From: Mytilus californianus
Taxonomy: Eukaryota
Reading direction: 5' to 3'
Length of the DNA stretch: 64,000 nucleotides
Assembly: GCF_021869535.1 (NCBI RefSeq)
Contig: NW_026262679.1
Location: 82,398,001-82,462,000, forward strand
The translations under genes were made by a program, and so were the position numbers. The notes beneath the pieces are model-generated. The model did not search any database and was not told the DNA's origin. It worked only from the letters and a program-made list of their open reading frames with translations. Shown here piece after piece: positions 21,561 through 35,100 of the stretch; the stretch's first letter is position 1; every line of letters begins with the position of its first letter.

Positions 21561-24500
21561 CAGAATACGGACCAAATGCCTTTCACCCTAGTGATTAAGG
21601 TTTTAGCACAGGCACTTGTCTCAGAACAAAAGGTATATAGGAAATTTTTTTTATGAGACAAGTGCCTGTGGATTTTAGGCCGAACAATATGACTTCATAA
21701 CCAGTTTCTTGTACTTTTATTTTTGCACTCTTGATAATACATCTATATAACAAAGCAATATTTTTTAACAATAATAACATTCTGGGACATAAAAGATGAC
21801 GAAAATTAAAGACAAATATGAAATAAAGTCTTTATTCTATTGTTTACTAATTCGGGAAGTAACATACTTACCTTTTTAAAGCTTACTAGATACGAGATAA
21901 TAACTTGTTTCTAAATAAAATGTAAATAGAATGATGTTATATAAGTAGGGAGTGATGCACTAAAAGGCACGTTTACCTCACCATATCAGTAATTGATAGA
22001 AATTAAATAATCATTAACAAAAAAGTAGCTCAAAGTCCACATTCATTCACACCCTTGTGATGTTATCAACAACTCTCATTCTGAACTCTCACTTTGGTTA
22101 GTAGATAGTCCGAGGTTGCTCTAACGTCTATCAGCCTTTCATGGCTTGTTTGGGGTCATGTACTACAATGAAACCCACATGCTGAAGAATGTAGAGGGGC
22201 AGCATATATAAACTACACTGTACCGCATGTTGTAGTTGTAATAGTGTATGGATAAGAACAAGAACACATTAAATAAGTGAAAATAAGTGAAATATTAAAG
22301 AATAAAAGGAATTAGAAAGGAGTTCCATGCCTCAAATGCTTGTTTGATGTGTGAAAAATGCTGACGGTGATGCAATATGCCGTTCACTGTCGCTAGTCTA
22401 TAATTTAAGTCGGAGAAACAGATTTTTTTTTAACTTACTATCCACTATCTTGAGGACATTTAGCAGATACGTGGATGAATTATGGACAAAAATAATTTTT
22501 CTTCCAATGACCATTACATTTTTTATGTTGTTTTTTAGTTAGTCAATGAAAATAACGAGTTATGAATTTTCCATATTCATATTGCAAAAATATAAGAAAA
22601 TAGAAATGAATAATTATAAGAAGGAGTGTCTTTTACGAGTTTTATTTAAAATTTACTTATATGACTGTATTCAATTCAGAGTTTCAAGTAGCATACCATC
22701 TTATGGAACAGATCTTCAAGAAAAAATAATATATTTATTCTTTGAGGAAACCATTCAAAGGTACAACGGTATAGGCCTACATATAATATGGGTAATGGAG
22801 CTTTGATAAGGATGAAGCTTTGCAAAGTCTACAATAACACGAGACTGAAAATGTGCCTTTAGACTGCAATTAACACTAAACATTTATATCCGAAAATGCT
22901 TCGGATGTATTTTAATATAAAATAGCTGATAAAAAACAGTTATGCAAATTATACATATCTAATATGTGTGGACATAATTATGTAAAGGATAATTTGTGCA
23001 ATAGTAACAATGTAAAGAAGTTGATATATATGCTTTAATGTGTATAACAAATATACTCGTGCTCGTATATATATTGTAAACTAAATATATTTCAACGTGA
23101 AGCATTCATAAGGGAATAACGGTACAAAAATACCGCATCAACACGTTCAATACAACAGTTATACGATAAAGCTGTCTGGAAAGAAGAGACAACTGACCTT
23201 TTGGCTACAATAAAGTTTTTAATTATGAATAAGGCGTCGATGAAAAAAGGTCCATTAATGGTCAACTCTCCTGTGGAAATACTTACGTTACCATTACAAA
23301 TTGATTGATTGTTTTAAATGTTTGTCTGGTGTCGTGTTAATCTATCTATTGTTTATTCAAGATGACTAGTATATATTCATAAACAGAATATGTAATGAAG
23401 TAATTAGAACCGGCATGTTCTCATGCAAATGTTTGGTATGAGTGAACATATCTATCTTTGACAACAGAAGTTAAAAGTGCGAACAAAATTAGATGAACAA
23501 AGTTTAGATACATGTACACAAACTGAATGATTGAGACGCTTCTAAGCAATTGTACATCTGAGGGAGGACACGCTTCAAGGATGTGGGATATAGGGGTAAA
23601 AAGTGGTGATGTCGGATATACGGGGTTAAAAAGTGGGATCTGGGACAAAAAAGGAAAAAAAAAGGTGGGTAGTGGGAGAAAGATTACAAAAAAGCGGGAT
23701 TTTAAGAAATGAGCAGCCCCCTTGTCACCCAAACCCTTTTTTGACATCTGAATATAGATGATTAGCTTACACGTGTTTACTGAGCAAGGTGCTCTGTGAT
23801 TTTGCTATAAACACATTCATTTGAATACTAATTCTCAAGGGAAATATTCACAATTTTCATTCCAGATAAGCAAATATTCTCATGCAATATTCATTACCAA
23901 CGATTTAGAAATGTATATTAATTTGGCAGTTTACACCTGTAATACTGGAATGTGGTCACAAGGCCATTATCACGTTGTTGTCTTTTATCTGTTACCTGAC
24001 ATATGGTAATATTATAGTGGCAATAACAATCATGTTGACAGATAACCGTCTTTGCCGTTTTACACCTTTTGTATGTTTAATTATATCGTCAAAGAAAAAA
24101 CATTGTTAGGATCTACAAAAAAAAAAGATGAATTATAAATAAATTATGGTAAAAAAAAAACAAAAGGACAAAATACGAAATTGGAAGAAAAGTAAAAATG
24201 ATGGAGTACCCATCAAGTAAGGAGAATATTTGACTGCAGGAGAGACCAGTCTTCAAGAATTTGTTTTAACCAAGGACGTATAATCTAATATACGTCCTTG
24301 GTTTTAACTGTTGTTAGCTTTAAACGAACTTTGAATAAACTTATTTCTCGAGACTATAAGAGTATTTATACATTTAACGTTTAAATCGGAAAAAACATTT
24401 CAATTACATTTATTTTCACATGAATGCATGTAATATCTTTTTTCAATTGACAACCCTTTTTGGTGTTAAAAGCAAAACGTTTTATCTTACTAGTAAAATG

Positions 24501-26847
24501 CTTTCAATAGTTTGGTGTTATACGAGTGTTCATCGCACGCGTAAAGATGGATAACATTCAACTCTTAAACGAAATACACAGTAATTGGCACAACTGATGA
24601 GGAATTTAGAAAAAAATAATCCCGTTCTGTTGATAAGGGTATTTTAGGGTACGCTTTTTTCTACATAATGGCTTCATCACTTTGATATTAGATAAAATGA
24701 GCTTTTTATTTAAGAAAACCTAGAGGTATTGAAAATTATTGGAACTTTTATTAATAAATGTTTTCAACGAACACGATCAAAATAGATATGCTTATATGCA
24801 ACCCATTAAGAATATTTGCCTGTTAATATTTATATTATCTGTTTTATTAATGCTTTTTTATACATATACTTATACTCTGGTCTGGCTGAGGCTTAAATGC
24901 ACAAAATAAGGTGATTATATCCATATTCATAAAATTATGTGTTTCTCTCAATTGTAAAAAAAAAATCATTGTTATAAACTACTTAGCTCAACCTGGGCCC
25001 TTTAATTGGAATAAAAATATCTTTATCTTAATCATTTGTACTTGGTCAGAATGTTCTCGGACTCGCTGTAGGCAAAACATGGTCACATAGTTATGACAAA
25101 ATCTTCGGGTGTGAGGTAGAGGTTAATTCAATTGTACTGATACATGTATTAGTATAGATAGATACAAGATAAATAATTCACTCAGGGAATTAGCATAACA
25201 GCAACAATACGATTACAGTTCATGAACGTCTTTAAAAGTATGAAAGGAGAATCGTCTCAGGAAGGAAATATGTTATAGTTATTATATTTACATGATATTT
25301 AAGTCTTATTTTTTAAGGAATAGATTTTAGACTTTGTAAATATTTTCGGTATGCCAGTGTTGAAACAGGGAATATACATTGTAAAAACGTTAACATTTGT
25401 TACTATAGAAAATTTATATTCAATATATTTTCTATTATAATCTTTCTTTTTTAAGAGAGGTTAATTCTAAGGGATGGGCGCTAGATCTAAATAAATAATT
25501 TATTCTAGTAACTTACAATTTCCAGATTAATTTTTGAAGGAGCAAAAACATGTTCATACAGTGTAAAATTGAACAAATTATCATATTGCGAACTCAGATA
25601 TATATATAGTACCACCATATATGCCTCTAGCTGGCAAACTGTAATAATACATGCTTTTGAATTTCAAACTATGAAATTGAACTCAGACTTAATCTGCGAT
25701 GACATTGCGTAAATTAATGTTTAAGAAATCTAATTCGTTTACAATTTGCTTTGATCCACAGAATGACATTTAAGAAGAAAGTAATGATTTTTTATTAAAT
25801 CGATAGTACCTGTATTACATCTGGGACGTTCGTTCTATGATACATTGAGGTTTCAATTAAAAATTGCGTACTTTCTTGTGAACCATATCAACATTAATCA
25901 ATTCAACACAAATGCAGTAAGGATATACTCTGGACGTAAGAAACAATTTATTTTTATAATTTGTTATCTGAATTAAAATTTTGAGACATTTCAGACTTTA
26001 AAATAGATATGGTAGTTTTAGTCCCAAAATAATCTTTAAGTGACATGTAGCTTATTTCATATAAGTACCCCAGCTACTTTTTTGAGAAAACAAGCAGAAG
26101 GATTACACATTGATTCATATATGACGAATCTAACTCGAATATTTCGATTTTAACCATGCTATGCATTATCCCTAAAAGTTCAGTCATACGGTGTTAATCA
26201 TCTACGTAGGTGAATAGACCTAGTTTTTACATGGTGATAAACCACATACAGATAAAATGACATCTTTTATACATGAGTTGATGACGAACAGGTTTTGAAT
26301 TGTATCCTTGGCCATATAGTGTCGGTGTAAATAAGTATATGTATGGAATACATGTACCAATGCCGTCTCCTAATCCATAGGACAGTTGATGGAAATTTAT
26401 GACACCCCTCTTTTCATTTTCGATTTTGATGGTCTTTCGTATAGTCCAAATCTTTTTTTTTCGTGTTTACGTTCGAATTCGTACCATTGATTGGTATGTT
26501 TTTGTTTCCTCGATTCTGTTCTTTTTTATGCCCCCTTTTTAACTTGGTTTGTTCGGAATCTTCTACCATGTGACTTATTTATTGCTTTCTACAAGTCAAT
26601 GAACTTAAATCAATAACAAAGAAGTTGTTCGGGAGTTTTTATAAAATCAACGACATAAAGTAAAGCTTAAAGATGTAATCATTTAATCTTGACTTCGTGT
26701 AAGATAGCAATGCATGTAAAAAATTCACTAGAAAAAAATGTCTTCTGCATGCTATATTGTAGTCGAGTCAAAGTGCTACTAAATTGACAAATGTCTTTTA
26801 ATGTTAATCTGTTAATTTTCAACAGAATACATTTTAAAGCCAACTAT

Positions 26848-27135
26848 GCCACGTTCTTTATGTGCCTGTCCCAAGTCAGGAGCCTGGTTGTCGTTGGTTG
26901 TCATATTTGTTATTCGTTAACTGTTTTGTTATAAATAAGGCCGTTTATTTTCTCAATTGAATTGCCAGTTTCATATTTTTCATGTCGGGACCTTTTAGAG
27001 CCGATTATTCGGTATGGGTTTTTCTCATTGTTGAAGGCCGTACGGTTGCCTATAATTCCTTACATCCACTTCAATTGAACTTTGGTGGATAGTTGTCTCA
27101 TTGGCAATCATACCACATCTCCTAATTTTTATATG
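26848..27135 (+). mobile_element. Family 2 3' terminal fragment beginning inside the twister motif
   Basis: GCCACGTTCTTTATGTG-CCTG-TCCCAAGT-CAGG-AGCCTG, then ...TTGAAGGCCGTACGG...GTTGTCTCATTGGCAATCATACCACATCTCC. Confidence 0.8.
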
Positions 27136-28518
27136 ATAAGATGTGTTCTTTAAAATTGTTAAGATAAAAGGTTACATACACAATGATTCCATTCTAATGT
27201 TACCAGACGAGCATTATAATTAAATGTTACAGAATTAGGCCGGTTATAATTCGATGTTGCCAGTTTTGAAACGCGGCCAGAATTGGGTTAATAATAATTC
27301 AATGTTGCCAGAATTGAGCCAGTTATGATTTAATGTGATTCTAATTTATTTAAGAATAAGAAAACAGTATAACTTGCTCAGTTGATTTTAGACTACAGTT
27401 GGGGATAAAATTGATTTACAGAAAATGAAAACTCTACTCTAAAACTAACCAAAAAAAGAAATTGCCGCTCCAGATGGTATTTTTCCTTTCGTGATGCCAA
27501 TTTGATCCCTTCTTACATTGTGTATAATATTGGTGTTTCTCGACTCGTTGTCTATATTCAGTATGTCTGCGTTGGCGTTCAACTGGAACGTTATTCTCAA
27601 TGGTTTTCCTTACTATATAAAACTATATGTTCGTTTATTTATAAAAAAAATATTTGCAATAGAGTTATTTGAGACCTGTAAAGCTTTTTTTAATAATAAT
27701 TTGTATAATGATATGGTTTATAAATCTGATTTCTAGATGGACATTTTTTTCCACTCTGGAAAGCAGCTCTATCCACGCGTTGGACCGACAGGTTACACTT
27801 GGTGGAGTTAGCCATTTTTGTAAAAAATTATTAAATTCCTTTTAATCTCAACCATTCTGAAACATAAACGTGACTATAAAGCACCCTTGGTATTTTAAAG
27901 GTAAAAGAAACCACCAATCAGTTCTAGCTTAGTATGCAAATCCTAACCCTTGAATGTACTTTGTAAATATATATATAGTCAACTGTCCAGATTTTAATTT
28001 TTTTTTCACTTTTCAAACAAATAGGCCAACTTTCTGTTTTCACTGTTGTCACGGTAGGTTCGTCAGTGTACCTAATCTTAATGTAGTTGATGGATTGCTG
28101 TTTTAAAATAGTTTTAATGAAGAAGCCGGAAAATTGCTTGGCGAGTTTAATATAGCTGTTCGTTGTAATGGCAAAGAAAAGTGTCCGTACCATTGATTGT
28201 ACGTTTATACTCTGATGGCTTCTTCGTCCATAGCAATTGCGGGAATAGGGGTGAGCAAGTGAAATAATTTTCAATTACATAATCGGCAAATTTCTACTAT
28301 CTGCTGTAACTTTTTGTTCGACGTTTGAATTTCTTGTCTGTACTTCTCCAAGACAAATCCTCGATTTTCAGTGTCTGATTGAATCGGTAAAAAAATCCAC
28401 CGTAACAGAGATACTTTTGTTTACCTTTACAAGTCTCGAAACACTAATGGTTGTTATTAAGTAAAACAGTGAAGAAGTTTTATTTTAATAGATTCAGTGA
28501 AATGAATGAACCTCCAAA

Positions 28519-28795
28519 GCGCAAATTTCTATCATGTTTGGAGCCCAAATGTCCATCATAGTTGGAGCGCAAATGTCCATCATGTTTGGGGTGCAAATGT
28601 CCATCATGTTTGGAGCGCAAATGACCATCATGTTTGGGGCGCAAATGTCCATCATGTTTGGAGCGCAAATGTCCATCATGTTTGGAGCGCAAATGTCCAC
28701 CATGTTTGGAGCGCAAATGTCCATAATGTTTGGGGCGCAAATATCCATCATGTTTGGGGCGCAAATGTCCATCATGTTTGGAGCGCAAATGCCAT
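28519..28795. repeat. 24-bp minisatellite, ~11.5 copies (intronic)
   Basis: Unit TTTGGAGCGCAAATGTCCATCATG. It explains the four overlapping 8-aa-repeat ORFs in the track. Confidence 0.95.
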
Positions 28796-29195
28796 TTTGT
28801 GTTGCAGGTAAAAAGCACAAACGCCAGTTTAAGTACAGTATATACCACTGAAACTTATTACTTCATTGAATAAATTTAGGGTAATCTATTGCATTGTTGA
28901 AAGATATTTGAATTTCATTTTATTTTGATATATATGTTTAGAACATACTGCTTGAAATGATAATTAATCGAATTCAAATTTGAATTTAAAATTTGTACTT
29001 TTTATATGTTTTCCGAATCTATCATGTAACACATCTAACATTTCATTTTCAAGACTTTTAAACAGGAAATGTTTTTATATATAACTTGTGTATTGTATAG
29101 TTCCTGCATATTTAGACGAATTTCAAACAATAATTAGCATACCCCACACATAGTAACAATTGTATGTATTTAAGTGGTTTCCTTTGCCCCCACAG

Positions 29196-32100
29196 GTGTT
29201 GTCGATCCCTGAAGACATTTATAAGAGGATTATATGTTGAGTGTACCATTATAGCGCTGACAGTTGTTGACATATTTTTCATAACTGTAGAGTTAATGAT
29301 TAGAGCAGAAGTTTTACAAGGTAAGAATTGTGATATCTTTGAAAAAACAAGAAACATCAATGGCTTAAACAAACAGTTTTAACCTTTTTCTGAGATGGAG
29401 CTTATTGAATAATTTATTGCAAGATCTTGATGCAGTTCATATCTGCATCCCTCATGTATATTATATCACTTGAATTGTGGGAGTTTGATACGGTATACCG
29501 GCCAGTATTGATAAAAGTCATGTTAACAGTTACAAGAGTTCCATTTCTAGTCAAATTATTGAATTTGATAGATCAGCAAACAATTATATATGGTGCAAAA
29601 AGATTAGTCTCTTTTGCCAGTAAAACAGTAATTTCAAGAGAACGGTAATTTTAATTTTGCTGCTTCCATGCTAGTAGTTTCATCAATACACGTTTAATAG
29701 GCATTTTTTGTGTAACCTGTTGTGACTTCGTTCTGGGATCAGTTGATCATTTAAAAGATACAAGGCTAAAGATACAGGTCTATGGGTAATATAATGTAGT
29801 TCCTCACTCAGTTAACTTGTGGACATCCAAATTGTTAGTAAAAACTGTCTTCGTAGAACTTGCATTAAAAACAGCTTTTGATCTAACTTTATTTACCATG
29901 TATACGCATGTCTGTTGTGACATTATAATAAGAATGATCAAAGTTAACTCATCCAAAATCAAACATACGAGCGAAAAAAAGTCATCACGAAGGGGGTGGT
30001 GAGAATCTTGCAAATATCGTGAATACAAAGACTTGTAATCTCCTTTTAATGTATTTAGTATCTAGTATTTGTATACGATCACGCAATGAAGCACAAATCC
30101 ACTATTGTTGCCGTGATGAAGTTTATCTATATAGTCCTATATTGATAGATTTTCTAATTTGCTCTAAATATCTTTTCTTAAAGTTCAAATTGATAAAATG
30201 ATATCATAGTCCAACAAAGTACAAGTAATAATACAATTTTTAGAAAATCACATATTACCTAAGATGACCGACGAACAACATTTCGAGATAGATGATATCA
30301 CAAATATAAACAAAGTAGATAATTACGTTTCTCGGAAGTATCTTTAATGTTGTTATCTTCTAAACTGGTCAGCCATTCCCTCCAAAGCTCCGACCCGAGT
30401 GTACGATAAATCACAACAGGGGTCCGGCTTAGTTATCATCTAAACCTCGCAATTAATATTTCATGTAAATTTCAATTGAATAAATGGATAATTTAGGATT
30501 GTTTGTAATTGCTATGTATGTTTTAGCCGATCTATTGATAAAGTATAATAGAAAAGAGAGGATATGGGGTTTCCATCCATGACACAAAATCAGTACATGC
30601 ACGGCAGAAAAATCCAAAAAGCAAAGGAACAACGCTTTTGTTGCTGTTCTTCATCTCAATCTACAATAAATTTAAGTTTGTTTGTTAGGTGGCCCTTGAA
30701 ACCAATATTAGATATATATGAAATTCCATCTGTTTGCTTGGCGGTCAATGGTTCATGTATACTCAGGACGATTTATATTTACAAAGCTGGTAAAGCTATT
30801 CCGGATTTTTTGGTTTGCCTAAACCATAAGCAAACTTTCATTCTGTATACTTACTACACACGGAAAAATAATGTTTATCACATTTTTTACTTCCTTATAA
30901 GTAACATACTAGCATTTAACAATTTTCTAAGGAACGCCACAGCTGTCTAAAGTGGCACTTACACAATACATGATTTTCAATCCATTCATACATTCAATAT
31001 CTTGTTATTTCTGCCACAATTTTTGCATATTGAAACTTTCATGTAAAATGTAGTATACCTTTTGAGATTATTTTTGTTTCAGATCCTTTGGAAAGCAAGT
31101 CAATAGACTATCTGAGTAGTCAAAGTTCAAATACAACAGCACAGAATGATATTGATCCAGGAGGAGGTTGTCGTACATGTAATTTTGATACATCTCTTGG
31201 AGCTGCATACTGTTTCTCACATTACATAAGTTTAGTTATAGCATTGATCTTCTTTATAGAGGTAAGAATTGTTACTACAAACATAATACATGCATCCTCT
31301 TCTTCGTCATTATGCTTAGTCGTTATCAGTTGGAACTGATTTAAATATTAAATATCAATAGCCTATGAAACTATAAGGTTTATTCGAACTGTAGTCTGTG
31401 GAACCATCCGCATTATTTTGTCATTACCTTATTCTGAGCAGTGGTCGAGTTAATGATGTATATGTATATAATATCATGAAAGACAAGTTATTTAACGATT
31501 TTTTTTTCAATTTAATCTTCAAAACAGAGGGTTTTTTATGTCTCCTAAAGCTCATAAGAATTCTATTCTTAACGCATTTCAAAACATTTTTGTTTTCTTT
31601 CAAAGAAAAATTAAAGCATGGCTTTTGACATGGCTTGTTTTCCCAATTTGATTGATTATAATTGTAAATTTCTCCTGTTTTTTTCAGTTATTACTCCGCC
31701 TAGTAACGGGCTGTACAAAAATGTGTAAAGATTTTATACAGGTATACTAATATATATATGTATGTTTACCCTTTTTGTCATTAAAGCACGAGAAATGTAA
31801 AAAAACAAATGCAGTACAGAACTTTTTGATATTTGTTCTGCTATGTACATTTTATCAGTCAACTGATTGATATTTAAAGGGGGAGGGTCTTATGCATTTG
31901 AATGAAAATTAAATCGATACATATGCATGGAGAATAAGTAGTTGAATGAGCATTTAAATCGGTTTACAATCTCATTGAAGTATACCTCCCAGCGTCTTTT
32001 ATTCATATATAACAAGACAAGATACAGACAAAACACAAAGATGTCATATAGGAATCATTTCGTAACGACAAAAGATTTTCTTTTGAATTAATCCCAGACA

Positions 32101-35100
32101 ATTATTTTTCCAAGTGCAACTAAAGCATCATTAAGCATATTGTATTTTCCAAGTGCAACTAAAGCATCATTAAACATATTGTCTGTAAAAAGGATTTAAG
32201 GTATTTTAACCTTTGTCGCTATTATGATAGAAACAGAGTGTATTGTTTCACACGGTTTTCATGTCGGGGCCTTTTGTAGCTGACTATACGGTATGGGTTT
32301 TTCTCATAGTTAAAGATCGTACGGTGACCTATAATTGCATACCTCCATGTCATTTAAACTTTAATGGATAGTTGTCTCATTGGCAATCTTACCACATCTC
32401 TTTATTTTTATACTGTATATACAGATTAAAGATATGATCATCTTTTTTTTTCAGCTGATAGATGGCTTTACAGTATTTAACCTTGCTGCTATTGAAGTGT
32501 TGTTCACAATATTTTGGGAGAAAACCTTGTGCTTTCATATAGCTATAGAAGCCATTACTTATATAGTAGCACTAAGGTTATTGCGTATACCAAAAGCCTG
32601 TAGTGGTAGGTGGTACCTTTCTTATATATCAGCTATTTGATGAAATTCAAAAGAACACTTTGTAAAAACTGCGCACTTATATAGAAAGCAAGTAAGATAA
32701 ACGTTAAGCTTGACTTCGGTTAAAAAAAGCTAGTTTCTTAAAATATATGTGAAAAGATGGTAGGTACCTTTTCTTAGATATCAGACATTTTAGGGAGTTG
32801 AAAAGAACACTTTGCAAAAAAATATGCACTTAGATGGAAAACAACTAAGATAACTGTTATACTTGGATTTCGGTTAAATGAAGCTGTTTTTTTAGATGAA
32901 TTAAAAGTTTGATAAGCTAAACAATATTATACCATGTAAATGTTCTTAAATTTTCATTGTAGTATTAAAAGAAGACTATTCTGAAAAGATGGATTTAGAA
33001 GTGCATTATTTAAGCAAGGCCAAGTCTAAAGCAGAAGAACGTTCAAGAGAGCTTGCTAATACAGTACAGAAGCAACAGGTAACAGTCATGCCATGCACAC
33101 CATATCAGTAATACCTGCACTCCACAAATTTATACCGCTTGGACATTAGTGGCTGGATATGACCAAATATCAGACTTGCCTTGATTAGGTCTTTACTATA
33201 AAGAAATAAAAATCCTAAAACTCCAAATGAAAGAAGAGATCTAGATAACAAAAGTCAAAATACAAACCGGGATTTATTTATCTTAAGCATTCTAATGAGG
33301 AATTCAATACCAAATCCCCAAATTGTAATAGAACTTTTGTTATTTCCGTTTTTTTTTTCGACCGAATTCGAATTACTAGGCGATAGTTTACTTTATAATG
33401 AGTTGTAGTGTGCCTTTGGCTTTTTTGACAGTCTGAAGTTTTTTCTTCAAACTGTTAGATTAACGAAAACGTGGATTGATGTATCTTTCAAAGACGCCGA
33501 ATTAAAAGAAGAAACATGCATGGAATACGGTAAATACTTGAAAAAAATTAAGAATGCTAGTATGCGCTTTTACTAACTCGATTATTCATTTTACATTAAT
33601 ACCATTTGCATTTCGTAATTTTAACAGTATATTATTAAAAATTGTGCATAAGTATAAAAATGAAAGCAACTATGAAATATAGAATATATCGGATGGCAAT
33701 TGTTCTGGTGATGACAGGTCTCTGTAATTGTACTTTCGTGTATTTTTCAGGTTTTAAGTCTTTTGGGGTATTCTTTTGCTGTTGTTAAATTTTTATTTTG
33801 GTTTTTTTTCAAAGAAAGAAATAGAGACACTGCGGAAACAGTTAGGGTCAGGATCTCTGTATGAAAATGATATTATAGTACACACAAGAGGGACAGATGA
33901 TCTAGGTTAGTATATGATATGTTGGGGATAACATGAATGACCACGGATATGTTCCAATTGTCGCAGCCACAAGCCTCTCTTGTCACCAAATTTTTACTTG
34001 CCATTATCATTTGACACGATGGAAACCACTAGTGGATCATGATATAGTTACTCTTTCGGGGCACCATATGATTATTGAATAATGCATATGATGTCTGTAA
34101 TGAAAATGAATCGATTTATTTTGTAACAAATGCACCATAGTCTACCATGATAATTGTTTTTAGTTCAGATTTATATGAATATTAATAATATGAATATCAT
34201 ATGCATAATTTACACAATAATTACACACATTATCCATCGAATAAAAAAAACCCGATATTATTTCTTCCCTACGACGACGAGGTTTTTTTTTTACGACGAC
34301 CTTGACTACCCATGAGGGTCTTGCACGGTCCCTAGATAGTTTTCTAACCTTTTATTAACTTTGATTTTTTGGTTTCATTAGGAAGAATTGTATCCAATGT
34401 CATGTGACTTTACACTGTTGTTATTTCTTACAGATTCCTCAACTATAAGTAATGGTCATGTTCCTAGTGAAGCATCAGTAACTCATAGTGGACATAGTGG
34501 ACAATCTCCAAAATTCGTTTCAACTATCAAAACTGACAGTCATATTGTTTCTATGACAACCCCACCTGTTCCAAATCGCGAAAGCAAAGACAGCCATGTT
34601 TCTTATGCGGTTATAGAGAATAACTCAAATAAGCTAAGAAGGAATGAATCCGGTGAAAATAGAGCAATTTATAAAAATGTTTGTCATGTGAAAAGTCCTT
34701 CTTTAGAGGTTAAACGGACAAGTAGTCAGGTTGGCTCAAGAATTAGTTTTGAAAGTGATATCGACACTAAAAACCTTATTCATAGATCTAAGAGTACAAA
34801 AAGTTCAAAAGGAGAGGCCATTAAAAGGGCTATTGCAATGCTAGAAAATAGTAAACCGCCGACTGAGACACAACCAGGCGGACCAAGCGTGTCTCGCACG
34901 CCATCAAATAAACTCAGTGATCTGGACAATACAAAACTACAAGGTAAATTACAAATGTTTCTTTCGAAACAGTATATATGATTTGGTTTATGTTTGGTTG
35001 ATTTTTTTTGGTTGGTAAAATTTTAAAAGATTATGTCAAAACTTTTTTTTTCATTTTTAAACCTACAAAAATAAATATCATTAAAAAAATATCTCTAAAT

